Shown here piece after piece: positions 13,170 to 24,655 of a DNA stretch of 64,000 nucleotides (position 1 is its first letter; every line of letters begins with the position of its first letter). The DNA is from Octopus vulgaris (Eukaryota), in assembly GCA_951406725.2 (NCBI GenBank), contig OX597822.1, forward strand, positions 86,180,001 through 86,244,000. Direction: 5' to 3'. The notes under the pieces are model-generated. The model made no database searches and was not told where the DNA came from. It saw only the letters and a list, made by a program, of their open reading frames with translations. A program made the translations under genes and the position numbers.

Positions 13170-15800
13170 ATATTAATTAAGAAGAGAATGATATTAGATG
13201 AAATACAGTTTGGTTTTGTGCCACAGTACTACTGATGCCCTCTGTCAAGTAAACCAACTACAGGAGAAGTATTTAGATAGAAATAAGCCACTGCAATTGG
13301 CATTCATCAGATCTGGATAAAACCATCGACAGGGTCCCTTGCTCTGTGATGCGGTGGCCCCTGAGGAAGCTAAATGAATTGCATGTGAGAGACATACAAG
13401 CAATGTATAGGAGAGCTGTCAATAAAAACACATGCACTATATATTTGGTGTTACTTTGCTTCAGTGTTATTTATTTTTTACATTAATCTTAATCTTATTT
13501 TGGCCAGAGTTCTTTCGTCACACTCCTGTGACCGCTGACGGTTAGTAAGGAGAGACACAAATAAGAAAGAAGAAAACAAAGGACCACTGATACAAGCAAT
13601 GTATAGGAGAGCTGTCAATAAAGAAGAGAGTTAGCAAAAGATTTAGAGTATAGGGAGGAATTCACCAGGACTCAGTTCATTAGAGGAATTTAAGATAGGC
13701 TGTCTTAGGGAGCTGATATCTGCTGATGACCTCATACATTCAGCAGAAACTGTAGTACAGCTAGAAATGAAATTCCCAGTATAGGAGCAAAACCTGGAAT
13801 AAAAGTGCCTTAAAGTTAACCTAGCAAGGACTAAAGTTCTACTAAACAGAACAGACATGACTCCATTCCCTTCAGGTGATGGCATTGCTTGATATGTAGG
13901 GAAAGTGTAGGCAAACATTCTCAGCGTATTCAATGCAAGCTATGGACAGAATAGATGCATTGGAATCACAAAATGTTAGCAGAGAAAGTAGCATTTGTAT
14001 GTGGAAAATGCACAGAAGCAATAAATACTAAGAACACACAGGAAATAGATTTTCTCAAATACCCAGCAGGTTCCTTAGAAATAGTAGATATTTTATTTCT
14101 GTTACTTAAGTAACACAAGAGGAGGATGTTCTGAAAGTAAAGTTGCTAGAATAAGAACAAGAAAGTTCAGAGAGCAATTTTCCTTGAGGTGTTTGTATAA
14201 GGACAGCAATAATACATGGTAGTGAAACATGGAACCTGAGTGCAGATGACATGCAAAGATGATAAAGAAATTAACCCAGTATGCTCTGTTGGATGTACAA
14301 CACCCCTGTACTACATGTAAAACAAAATGCACAGGTTGAGAGAAAAATCAGATAAAAGAGGATTCAGATGAAGTGTGCAAGAGAGAAACTGTGCTGGTAT
14401 GGTCAAGTGATATGTATGACTGAAGACAGCTGAATAAAGAAGTGCCAACTGCTATGGAACTTGTTGAAGAGGGAAATCCAGGAAAACATGGGACGAATTA
14501 TATGAGAAGACTTATCCACCTCAAAGGTGGGGACCTAAAAGCATATCTATACACTGAGCCCTGCCTCTGCACCCAATCTCTCCCCATCTCATCTAAACAT
14601 CCATTCCTTGTCTCCTCTAACAATGGTACTTATTCACCCGCCATAATCAAGGGAGCAGAATATTCACATATTTCATCCCCTTTTGTACTCCCAGTTACCT
14701 CCCCTGAACCATTTCCTTTTGACAGTCAACCCTCATTTTTAGTATTATCCCTTCCCATCAATCCCCCTTTTTACGCCTCCAGTTATCTTTCCCTATCCTC
14801 TGAAATACATCTTAGGACTGCCATTATCTTTAACACCCTCCTACATCTGTCATCGATGGCCTCTCCCCAACTTTTGTCTCCTATTCCCTATATATTTCTT
14901 TACTGCCCACAAGGGGCTAAACATAGAGGGGACAAACAAGGACAGACAAAGGGATTAAGTCGATTACATGACCCCAGTGCGAAACTGGTACTTTATCGAC
15001 CCCGAAAGGACGAAAGGCAAAGTCGACCTCGGCGGAATTTGAACTCAGAACGTAACGACAGACGAAATACCGCTAAGCATTTCACCCGGCACGCTAACGT
15101 TTCTGCCAGCTCAGTCATCCATACGTACTTCTGACATCTACCTCTGTCATAGTAATTCCACTCTCACTTGCTCCCACCCTACACACCATTTCCATATTTT
15201 CAACAAAAAAAAACTACAGCTCTCCTCTTTTCCTGTATTGTCACTTATACTTCCTCACCCCTATTCTTTCACCGTCCCACCACATTCTGATACTGACCAT
15301 CGACCACACTTCCATTTTAGTCTCATTCACCTCTACCTCTAACCAACTGTCATTCTCCCCTCTTTGTTCCTATTCTCTTTCACACCTCACTTCTTGAGAT
15401 TACACTCAGACACCTTGTCACCACCATCACTGTCTTCTTCCCAGCTACTGTCACTTACTCGTACATAGAATGCAGGACAGCCAAGTATCTCTACTACAGC
15501 AAGACACTTGTACTTGTTTCTCTATTACACTTCAGCCTCTCAGCACCTGGTAAAGTCACCCGCTGCTCTACAACCTCTCTACTCGAGGGGTCTCTATCTT
15601 GCAAGTTACTTGGTCACCTCTCAAGCAATGGTGTCAAGAAGCAAACACAGTACACTATGGCTGACATTAGGATGGCCATTCAGTCATAGAAACCATGCCA
15701 AAACAGAGACGAGCTCGATTCAGTCCTCCAGTTTATTGGATGTTGTCGAACCGTCCGACCCATGCCAGCTTACAAGACAGAAATTAAATGATGATAATCA
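13170..15800 (+). mobile_element. RTE LINE fossil with nested insertions
   Basis: QFGFVP, QLQEKYL, AFI.DL.K..DRVP, ADDL, Cys finger, pyrimidine-rich 3'UTR and (GAT) tail; many stops and frameshifts. Confidence 0.8.
14893..15113 (-). mobile_element. Young Nin-like tRNA-derived SINE
   Basis: Reverse strand GAGCTGGCAGAAACGTTAGC...GAGTTCAAATTCCGCCGAGGTCGACTTTGCCTTTCGTCCTTTCGGGGTCGATAAAGTACCAG; CpGs intact. Relatives near 8340, 26815, 34865, 42071, 43573, 54780, 54987. Confidence 0.82.
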
Positions 15801-16679
15801 AACATCAATACCCTTGTTCCAATCCTTTCGTACAAATTTTATTCTTAAAAGAGGACAGGATTTAATACGTATATTTGAAACACGTTTGTTTCTTTATTCT
15901 GTTATTTTGGTTTCTTGTTTGAAGATTGCCAGAAACTGTTTTAAGAGTGGAATGTATACATTGCTTTACCGAAAAATAAAAGAAGTCGACTTCGATGACA
16001 TACAAAGCAACACAACAGAAGATACAAAGTAAGGCAATAATGTAATATAACGTACCCTAACCCTAACATACCGTTTCATTGTTACCAGAGTAAGAAGTAA
16101 GTTATACCCCAAGATCACCCAAAGTAAACACGACTCAACATTTCATTTGTTCTAAAGTGTCTTCCAAATCTACCAAGTAAAAAAAAAAAATTCTATACAC
16201 ATGCACAAGGTTTTACATTTACAGAATGGAGATGTAAAAGAAATTGGGTGTGTATATAAAATGAATTGAATATAAATCGAAACCCGGTTACGAGTAGTCT
16301 ATTAATGTTAGCCGAGAGTTATGATCCGACATAAAAGTAGGGATGCTGGTTTAGAAACAAAATGGTAAGAGGCTACGAACACATTGAGCTATTGGTATTT
16401 CAACTGGTGGTTGTCATAAAGTTTACTGAGACAATTATTGGAATTGGAAAACGAATATGGAGAGGTTTGGGGAGGATAGGAAAGTTTGGCTTTGAATGAA
16501 CAAGAAAAGTACAATAATAGAAATATACTTTACTATGTATTCTTATAACGCCTACTAAATTACCCTGAAATATTTGTTTTTCTACATAATTATCTTATTT
16601 TCATCAAAAGTTAAGCACAAAACACTATATACACGTGGCTTGTTAACTTAATGTGTGTGTGTATATATATATACATACG

Positions 16680-17035
16680 TATACTGAAAACTAAATACAC
16701 TATATAACACGATATAAATATATTGGTTATCAAGACAAAACACACAACTGTGAAGTTGGTAATCAACTGAGAAACTCATAAAGTACAGAAAACACGCCTG
16801 CATATATGGATTTACAAGTGTGTGTGTATATACGCACACACTACTGAAGCCAATACACGTAGTGTGTATATACGTATGTATATATATATATATACACACA
16901 CATTATATACATAGACACATATTCAAGAATGCCATACACACACACTAATGAAGTCAATACACAGTGTGTATATACGTATGTATATACATAAACACACACA
17001 TATATTCAAGAATGTCATACACGCACACACACATA
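16680..17035. repeat. Imperfect ~90-105 bp tandem repeat rich in CA/TA
   Basis: TGAAG(C/T)CAATACAC...AGTGTGTATATACGTATGTATATA...ATATTCAAGAATG(C/T)CATACAC occurs twice (about 16845 and 16949), with a weaker copy upstream. Confidence 0.7.
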
Positions 17036-17627
17036 CCGGGTTACTGCTGCTGCTGCTGCAACAATTCACTCGAAACATGATTCTGACAAAACTTTCAACA
17101 ATTTGTCAAAGTTATTTCATCTTAGATTCAACTTGTAATAAAGTCTGTTTATTATAAACTCGTTATTTCGCATCCGTTAGAAAGTGATAATTTGTTAAAA
17201 GAAATAAGAGAACATTTTGTCAATTTTTAAAGCGATAAAATATTAAAACAAACAAATATTATCGGAGAAGATAAAAATCCCGAACAGGCAGAAGTCAGAA
17301 AAGTTTAAAGTTTTGTCTTTGGTTAAAAGTCATCAAAGACTTGAAAAACAAACGAGTAAAAATGATATTTATTATTTCTGCAGAAAGTTCGACCTAGTTT
17401 AAATATCACTTTGAAGAGGAAAACGAAATAACTAGAGTTTTACACACATGTTGAGTTTGTTGGGAGGATTTTCTCTTGTTACCGGCCATTTTGAATAAGG
17501 TTTGTCCGTCAAGAGCTTAACAATCGCTTAAAATAACAGCATTAAAACAGCTTTAAAACATAACACACACAAAAAAATATCCACAGAAATATTTCATTAA
17601 TAAAAGCCAGCTACTCATTGTTCTTAC

Positions 17628-17799
17628 CGTTGAGCTTGTCAATAGCTTTATCGACGTTAATCTGATCGGGACAATCAACAAAAGCGTAGTTGGACTTTAG
17701 CAATATATGGCTTGTCTCTACTCCATGCTCCTTGAACAAACCGCTCAGGTTGCTATCGCTAATGTTGGGCGGTAAATTCCCTATGTATAGTTTAAACAT
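17628..17799 (-). CDS. IGF2BP: IGF2BP/IMP (IGF2 mRNA-binding protein family) first coding exon, RRM1
   Basis: MFKLYIGNLPPNISDSNLSGLFKEHGVETSHILLKSNYAFVDCPDQINVDKAIDKLNG matches the IGF2BP N-terminus (MNKLYIGNL...KSGYAFVDCPD...KAIE.FSG). It ends at the donor ACG|GTAAGA (phase 1, 172 nt), at the Gly where I recall vertebrate exon 1 ending. Paralog number cannot be assigned. Confidence 0.9.
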
Positions 17800-18290
17800 T
17801 TCCTTTGTTTAACAGTAGGAAAGCAACTTTGATAGTTAAAAAGAGTTTTAGAAATGCAACAGCAAAAATAATTCGTAAAGATGAAGAAATATTTGGTACT
17901 ATATTACAAATATAGTTTGACAGTCAAAAAAAAAAACAGTCCAACAAGGTAAGCGGAGTAATACGGTAGCGTTACTTCTACAGGCTATAGGAGGGGAGGA
18001 AGCATATTTAAGGGAAGTGCAACATCAATCTTTAAACCATTAAAAACTTTCAAATAATTATTGTTAACTTATTTACTCTATCAAACTTATAAATACAGAG
18101 AAAACACTTTCAAGTATTCTGCTCAAAGTATTAAGATTTCCCAAACTATGATAAGCAACTGTTGCGCCAACTATTCACCCCTTTGGAGCAAAGTAAATGG
18201 TTTCGTTCTATAGTTTCAATACTCCCACTTCGCACGTGGTCCGGCTTATAAGGCCGCCTCCCAACCCGATACAAATCATCTTAGAGCTTT
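17800..18290 (-). promoter_or_regulatory. Probable IGF2BP 5'UTR and core promoter
   Basis: TE-free, CpG-retaining stretch upstream of the ATG, with E-box CACGTG (18233-18238) and TATA-like CTTATAAG (18245-18252) in a short GC-rich patch. Confidence 0.5.
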
Positions 18291-19002
18291 CTATGTAGAG
18301 ATATGTAGTATGTGTGTGTAATATATATATATATATATATATATACATACATATACATATACACGGACACTCATTTTTATTTCTTTTTACTACAGAATTG
18401 AATTTTTAATTTCATTAAAGTAAAAAATATATCTTCATTATCATCAAGTTGTGAAGTTTAACTATCGTCACCCACGAGTTAACCTTTGTACTTTGTTTTA
18501 AGTAGATTAAAACAGGCGCATGTAAAACAATGTTTAAACAAAATTCTTCGCATTTTTTTATATTTGTCGCTGTAATATTCAAGTCTGTATTAAATATAAG
18601 CTGAAACAATATGTGCTTTGCCCGATAAATTGTTTGAGATAATCACTAACACCTGTATTAAAGTGACGAGTAAGAAACATCAACTTAGCCGATTAAAAAC
18701 TTTCTTTCATATGACAGTTTTTTTCATGTTTCAGTTATTGGACTATAGACATGCTGGAGGACCGATTCTATCGCCTTCTTATTTCAGTCAGCTATACCGC
18801 CAAACATTTATTAAAAATTAATACATCTAAGCATACAAACAGATGGTACTTAAATGTATCTGTATTATCATCGTTTTAACGTCAACTTTTCCATGCTTGC
18901 ATGGGATAGAAGAAATTACTTGAGGCAGATTTTTTTTTTACAACTGGATACTTTATCACCAACATTCACTTCTTACCAAAGAAAGTAATATTTCTACAGG
19001 GC

Positions 19003-20020
19003 CATCATCATCATCGTCGACGTCGCTTAACGCCCGCTTTCTATGCTAGCATGGGTTGCACGGTTTGATTGACGGTTGGCAAGCCTGAAGGCTATACTAG
19101 GCTCCTATCTGATCTGGCAAAGTTTCTACAGCTGGATGCTCTTCCTAACGCCAACCACTCGGAGAATATAGTGGGTGCTTTTTATGTGCCATCGGTACGG
19201 GAGCCAGTCAAGCGGTACTGGCAACGATCACGCGCGAATGGTGCTTTTTATGTGCCAATCAGGCAGTACTGTGTTCGGCCACAACAATGACTTCATTTAA
19301 CAGGTCTTTGCAAGTGCAGTTTATTGCTCAATGATTGAAGGGTACTCTTAAATGGGCCGGTTATGCTACACCGGTATAGGCTACAGTTGTCTCACTTGGC
19401 TTGCCAGGTCTTCTCAAGCACAGCATATCTCCAAAAGTCTTGATCACTTGTCATCGCCTCCATGAGGCCCAACATTCAAAGGTCGTGCTTCACCACCTTA
19501 TCCCAGGTTTTCCTGGGTCTACCTCTTCCACAAATTCCCTCTACTGCTAGGGTGTGACACTTTTTCACACAGCTATCCTCATCCATACATAACACATGAC
19601 CATACCAATGCAGTCGTCTCTCTTGCACACTACATCTGATGCTTCTTATGTCCAACTTTTCTCTCAGGTGCTTACACTCTGTCGTGTGTGCACACTGACA
19701 TTATACATCAAGCAGAGAATACTAACTTCATTCCTTGCAAGTTTATGCATGCCCTCAGCAGTCACGGCCCATGTTCCACTGCCATGTGGCTGTTTGTATA
19801 CATGCATCATACAGTCTACCTTTTACACTGAGCGAGAGGCCCTTTGTCACCAGTAGTGTTAGGAGCTCTCTGAACTTTGCCCAGGCTATTCTAATACAAG
19901 CAGCTACACTCTCAGAGTGTCCACCTCCATTACTGTCTTGGTCACCTAGGAAATGGGAGCTATCAACTACTTATAGTTTTTTCCCCTGGCATGTGAGAGA
20001 AGCTGTTTTAAGCACATTTT
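19003..20020 (-). mobile_element. 5'-truncated RTE LINE with 3'UTR and (GAT)n tail
   Basis: Reverse strand encodes FLGDQ..GGCSESVAA.IRIAWAKFRELL and RGRPRKTWD; tail begins at 19003. Confidence 0.85.
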
Positions 20021-20857
20021 CAGTGTGTATATATCATCATCATCATCATCATCGTCGTTTAACGTCCGTTCTCCATGCTAGCATGGGTTGGACGGTTCGA
20101 CCGGGGTTCTGGGAAGCCAGAAGGCTGCACCAGGCTCCAGTCTAAATTTGGCAATGTTTCTACAGCTGGATGCCCTTCCTAACGCCAACCACTCCGTGAG
20201 TGTAGTGGGTGCTTTTTACGTGCATTATTCAAAGGAATTCCAACTCTGTTTTTTATGTTTTATTTATATTCTTTATAATATTAATGTAGAATATATAGTA
20301 TAAATAGTGTATATAGTAGTAAAATGAAATGAAGTGTTGATTGTATTATTGAATATCAAATATTAAGGGACTAGTATACTTTCTTGCATTAAAGCAGTCT
20401 TCAAGGCCCCAGGTTGTGACAGGAATGTTTCAACTTCATTTCATTTTACTTCTATATATACTATTTATACTATATAAACAACAAAAAAATAGAGTACAGG
20501 ACAATTAACACAAAGAAAAAATCCCTTCTTCAGTCGCCATGGTTTCATCTACTCTATATTTCGAGAGTTGGGACTCACAGAGGCAATGACCAAAACCTTT
20601 GGCATTATGTCATGCTTGAGAAGAAGACTCATCAAGCCAAGCAAAATTGCAGTTGTGACAGATACTTGTGTCATGTAAATGGCACATAACAGCCCCCACT
20701 ACACTCTCAGAGTGGTTGGCGTTTGGAAGGGCATCCAACCATAGAGAACCATACCAAATCAGACAGAAGTCTGGTGCAGCTTACCAGTCCTGGTCAAACC
20801 TTCCAACCCATGCTAGTATGGAAAACGGACGTTAAACGATGTTGATGATGATGATAC

Positions 20858-20910
<53 letters not shown>

Positions 20911-21111
20911 CATACATACATAAGACAGGGAAGGCCCCTGGTCCGTCAGGAGTCACTTCACTGCCAAGATGCTTAAGAGATCTGGTAGAGTTGGATATAG
21001 TCAAGTCAGCAGTATAATTAATTAAATTATTCAGAATGGGGTACAATCCCTAGTGGCTGGTGCAGCAGCATCATAGTCAGCTGCTACAAGGGCAAGGGAG
21101 TTGCCTTCGAG

Positions 21112-21413
21112 CAGGGCTGGCCCAGCTGAGGCCTACAGCCTGCAAACTTTTATCTTTCTTGAAATGGGTTTATTTAAACAAACATTTAAAAAATTTTATC
21201 AAAAATTAAAGATTGTAATGAAAAGTAAAAAATAAAGATATTACTGTTATTGCAACAATAATATTTCATGCTGAATCAACAACCAGTCATTCATTATTGC
21301 AATAATAGCATGAGAAAGCAAAATGCTTTAAATTCTGTCAGTATACAAGCGGCCCTCAAAAAACTTTGTGTGATTAAAGTAACCCGCAATGTAATTTGAG
21401 TTGGCCAGGCCTG
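21112..21413. mobile_element. hAT (Charlie-like) MITE
   Basis: Termini CAGGGCTGGCCCA / TTGGCCAGGCCTG form TIRs; subterminal GCGGCCCTC; interrupts the RTE coding sequence. Confidence 0.7.
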
Positions 21414-21632
21414 AGAAATAATTATAGAGGTATCAAATTGCTGGACCAGGTGATGTAAGTTGCAGAGAGAGTTATAGCCCAATCAGTTAGGAACGGAATT
21501 AGATGAGATGAAATGCCATTCAGTTTTGTCCCAGGAAGAAGCATTTTGGATGCTATTTTCATTGTCAGGCAACTGCAAGAAAAGTATTTAGCTAAGAACA
21601 AGCCATTGTACATTGCATTTGTTGATCTAGAG

Positions 21633-21800
21633 CAGTAGTTTCCAAAGTGGGCGGTACTGCCCCCCTGGGGGCAGTGGAAAATTCCAGGGGGAACTTTGAA
21701 GAAAAATGGGGCAATGGATGTAAATAAAAAACAAATAAAATAAAGGGTTAATAAGGTTAAGTTTACTTGTGAAATATTGTTGTTTTAACAATGGTTTATG
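21633..21800 (+). mobile_element. hAT-Charlie-like left end fragment
   Basis: CAGTAGTTTCCAAAGTGGGCGGTACTGCCCCCTGGGGG directly after an ATCTAGAG target (nTCTAGAn is the Charlie preference); right end missing. Confidence 0.6.
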
Positions 21801-23487
21801 TCTGTGATGGTGAGTGGGAGTGGTAGAGGAATAGCTTGTGAATGGGGTACAGGCCGTATACAAGGTTGCTATTAGTAAGGTAAGAGTTGGCTATGGGTAC
21901 AGTGATGGATTTAGTGTACAGGTATGTGTTCAACAAGACTCAATACTCAGCCCCTTCCAATTCATCTTTGTCCTCCACACTATAACAGAAATTTAAGACT
22001 GGAAGCCCACAGGAACTCCTACATACTGATGATTTTGCCTTCATAGCAAAATCTGTAAAGAATTAGAAAAGAAATTCCAGGTGTCGAAACAGAACATGGA
22101 ATCCAAGGGTTTTAAATTAGACTTAGCAAAGACCAAGATCCTAGTGAGTAAGAAATCGGATAGGACTCTTCACCCTTCCTGTAAATGGCCCTGCTCAAAA
22201 TGTAGGAAGGGTTTAGGCAGAAATTCCATTCAGTGTACCCAGTGGAAGATATGGACACACAAGAGGTGCAGTGAAATAGGAGAAGGTTAACAGACAAAGT
22301 AGTGTTTTTATGTGGAAGATGTATGGGAACCATAAAGACCTCAGATACATGGGAAAGTGATTTCCTTAAATGACCTGGTGGCTTTCTGGAAGTTGTAGAT
22401 AACTTTTGCTACCTAGGTGACCTAATTAACAGTGTAGGAGGTTGTACAGAAAGTGTAATTGCTGGAATAAGAATAAAAGGGAGAAAGTTCAGAGAACTTT
22501 TACCTCTGTTGGCAAGCAAACGAGTGAAAGGAAGGTTGTATGACACATGCATAGAAAAAGCAATTTTACATGATAGTGAGACATAGGCTGTGAATGCGGA
22601 GGACATGCAAAGGCTAGAGAGAATGAGGCGAGTATGCTCTGCTGGATGTGTAATGTAAGTGTACATGTTTAACAGAGCACTGATGCATTGAGAGGGAAGT
22701 TGGGCATAAGAGGAATTATATGTAGTGTGCAAGAGAGGAGACTGCTCTGGTTTGGTCATGTGATGCAAATGAATAAGGGGAGTTGTATAAAAAGTGGAGG
22801 GCAGTTGTGGAAGTGGAAAACCCAGGAAGATATTTTGCTGCTAATGGAGACAATAGTGAATAGCAGCATATATATATATATATGAGAATGTGAAAGAGAT
22901 GGAAGAGAAATTCGTGACGGGTGTTATTTGAGGTGGTAACATTGAATGATAGGAGAAAGAAAAAAAGGAAAAAGAGAAATGTAGATTAAAAAATACTGAT
23001 ACACAATCAATTACTTGTCACATACATATAAATGTACGCACACGCATATATATTGCATGATATATAAAGTGGTGCTCCAGCATGGCCCCAGTCAAATGAT
23101 TGAAACAAGTAGAAAGAATAAAGAAACAATATATATTTTACATACTTCCTTCTCTTTCTCTCTCTGTGTATCTTTCTTCATCCCCATTATCAACCCTAAC
23201 TTCACCGTCTCCGCCACCTACTCTACCACAAGTACAAATTTTTTAAAAAATTAAGTTAAAAAATTTAGAGTGACACGCAAACCAGGCAGGGAGGTAGAGT
23301 ATTAATTTATAGACAATATATTATCTTATTAGTATTATTACCTTGTATTGAATTTATTACCTTTTTTTGTTCTTCCAGAATTGTTCTATATTCTTTAATT
23401 AATGAGGTCCATCGACAAAATCGAATTATGTAATGCAGCATGAAATAATATCCTCTCCCAAACTCAATGAAAAAGGTTCAAGACATG

Positions 23488-23896
23488 GTCACGAAAAAAA
23501 AAAAAACCCCAGCCTACAAGGTGTAAAAAAAATGTGTAGAGAACGAATATGAAAATAAAAATTTGTGCAAACGAACGGATAGGCGGGGAGAGGACATTCG
23601 GAAACTTCACATGATCCGATTTTTTCCTCATAACTTTCAGGAAGACATTTTTCTCACACATTTCTTTGTAATCGTACTCTATGCCTTTTGAAAGGAGTTT
23701 CTATAAAATTTCATTAATATATATCCATTTTCCTTAAAGTTATGAGGGAAATATCGTATCTTGTGAATTTTCCGAAAGTCCTCTCTCCACCCCGTTCGTT
23801 TACGCAAAATTTTTGTTTTCGTATTCGTTTTCTACACATTTTTTTTACAAATAGTAGGCTGTTTTTTGTTGTTTTTTTTTTTTTTTTTTCGTGACT
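23488..23896. mobile_element. Palindromic (fold-back) non-autonomous DNA element
   Basis: Arms of about 160 bp (23488-23645 and 23730-23896) are imperfect reverse complements; shares modules with 24656-25379. Confidence 0.75.
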
Positions 23897-23899
23897 GGA

Positions 23900-24475
23900 G
23901 CATAAACTGTATATTGACCGGATATTAATCGTCTGGAAACCATTCAGCGTCGTGCAACCAAGAGAATACCCTCCATCAGGCATTTGCCATATTCAGAACT
24001 CCTTACTTCCCTGGGCCTGGACACATTGAAACTCCGACATCTGGCAGCTGACTTGGCAGACACCCATAAAATTATTAACCATATTACAAACAATAACTCT
24101 GAGCACCTTTTCAAACTCCACCTGTCTAACACCCGTGGACATGTTTACAAAGTCAGAAAACAGCACAGCTCCCATGACTTTCGGAAACATTTTTTCACGC
24201 TAAGAGTCGCTGAAGCATGGAACAGACTGCCGGCATCAGTTGTTAGTTGTCGGAGCACTGCATCCTTCAAAACTTCCATGCTTCCTGAGATTCGCCAACA
24301 CTATACCTGATTTTTCTCCCCTCCTTATACACGCAAGCATGTATCTGACTCATACACTGTTCGCTTTCCAGGCATTTTGTACATTACTGCATATACTTTA
24401 TACGCACTTTTTGACAAGTTGTGGTGCACCTGAGCACTGTATACCATAATTTCATCATTATTATTATTATTATTT
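23900..24475 (+). mobile_element. CR1-clade LINE 3' end with (ATT)n tail
   Basis: DINRLETIQRRATKRIP...NTRGHVYK...FFTLRVAEAWNRLP (ORF 23984-24310), 3'UTR, ATT tail. Confidence 0.88.
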
Positions 24476-24655
24476 GAAAATATACCAATCCTACCAAGGA
24501 AGTTTTTAGGAAGAAGTTTATTAGAAAACAATTCGTATTATTTAAGACATGCACTGGAAAGAGTATCTCTTCGAAGCATACATCTTCAGTTTCCTTCACG
24601 TCCACGTTTTCGTCCTATATATTCAAGTTAGGCATTAGTTGCATCAATCTCACCT

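Larger units (their letters stand above)
20922..22830 (+). mobile_element. RTE LINE fossil interrupted by two hAT MITEs
   Basis: KTGKAPGPSG, CYKGKG, NNYRGIKLLD, RQLQEKYL, KWPCSKCRKG...WTHKRC, FCYLGD, RRLLWFGHV. Confidence 0.85.

Noticed and set aside
14442-15134. 230-aa ORF
   Set aside because: Chance read-through of an RTE end, a CT-rich UTR and an antisense SINE; no protein motif.
15508-16032. 174-aa ORF
   Set aside because: Non-ATG start, overlaps an RTE tail, no recognisable domain.
16055-16067. (CCCTAA)2 telomere-like motif
   Set aside because: Two units only; expected by chance.
1-17627. IGF2BP exon 2 and later exons
   Set aside because: No segment with a convincing RRM/KH translation and splice sites found by eye; a short exon could have been missed.
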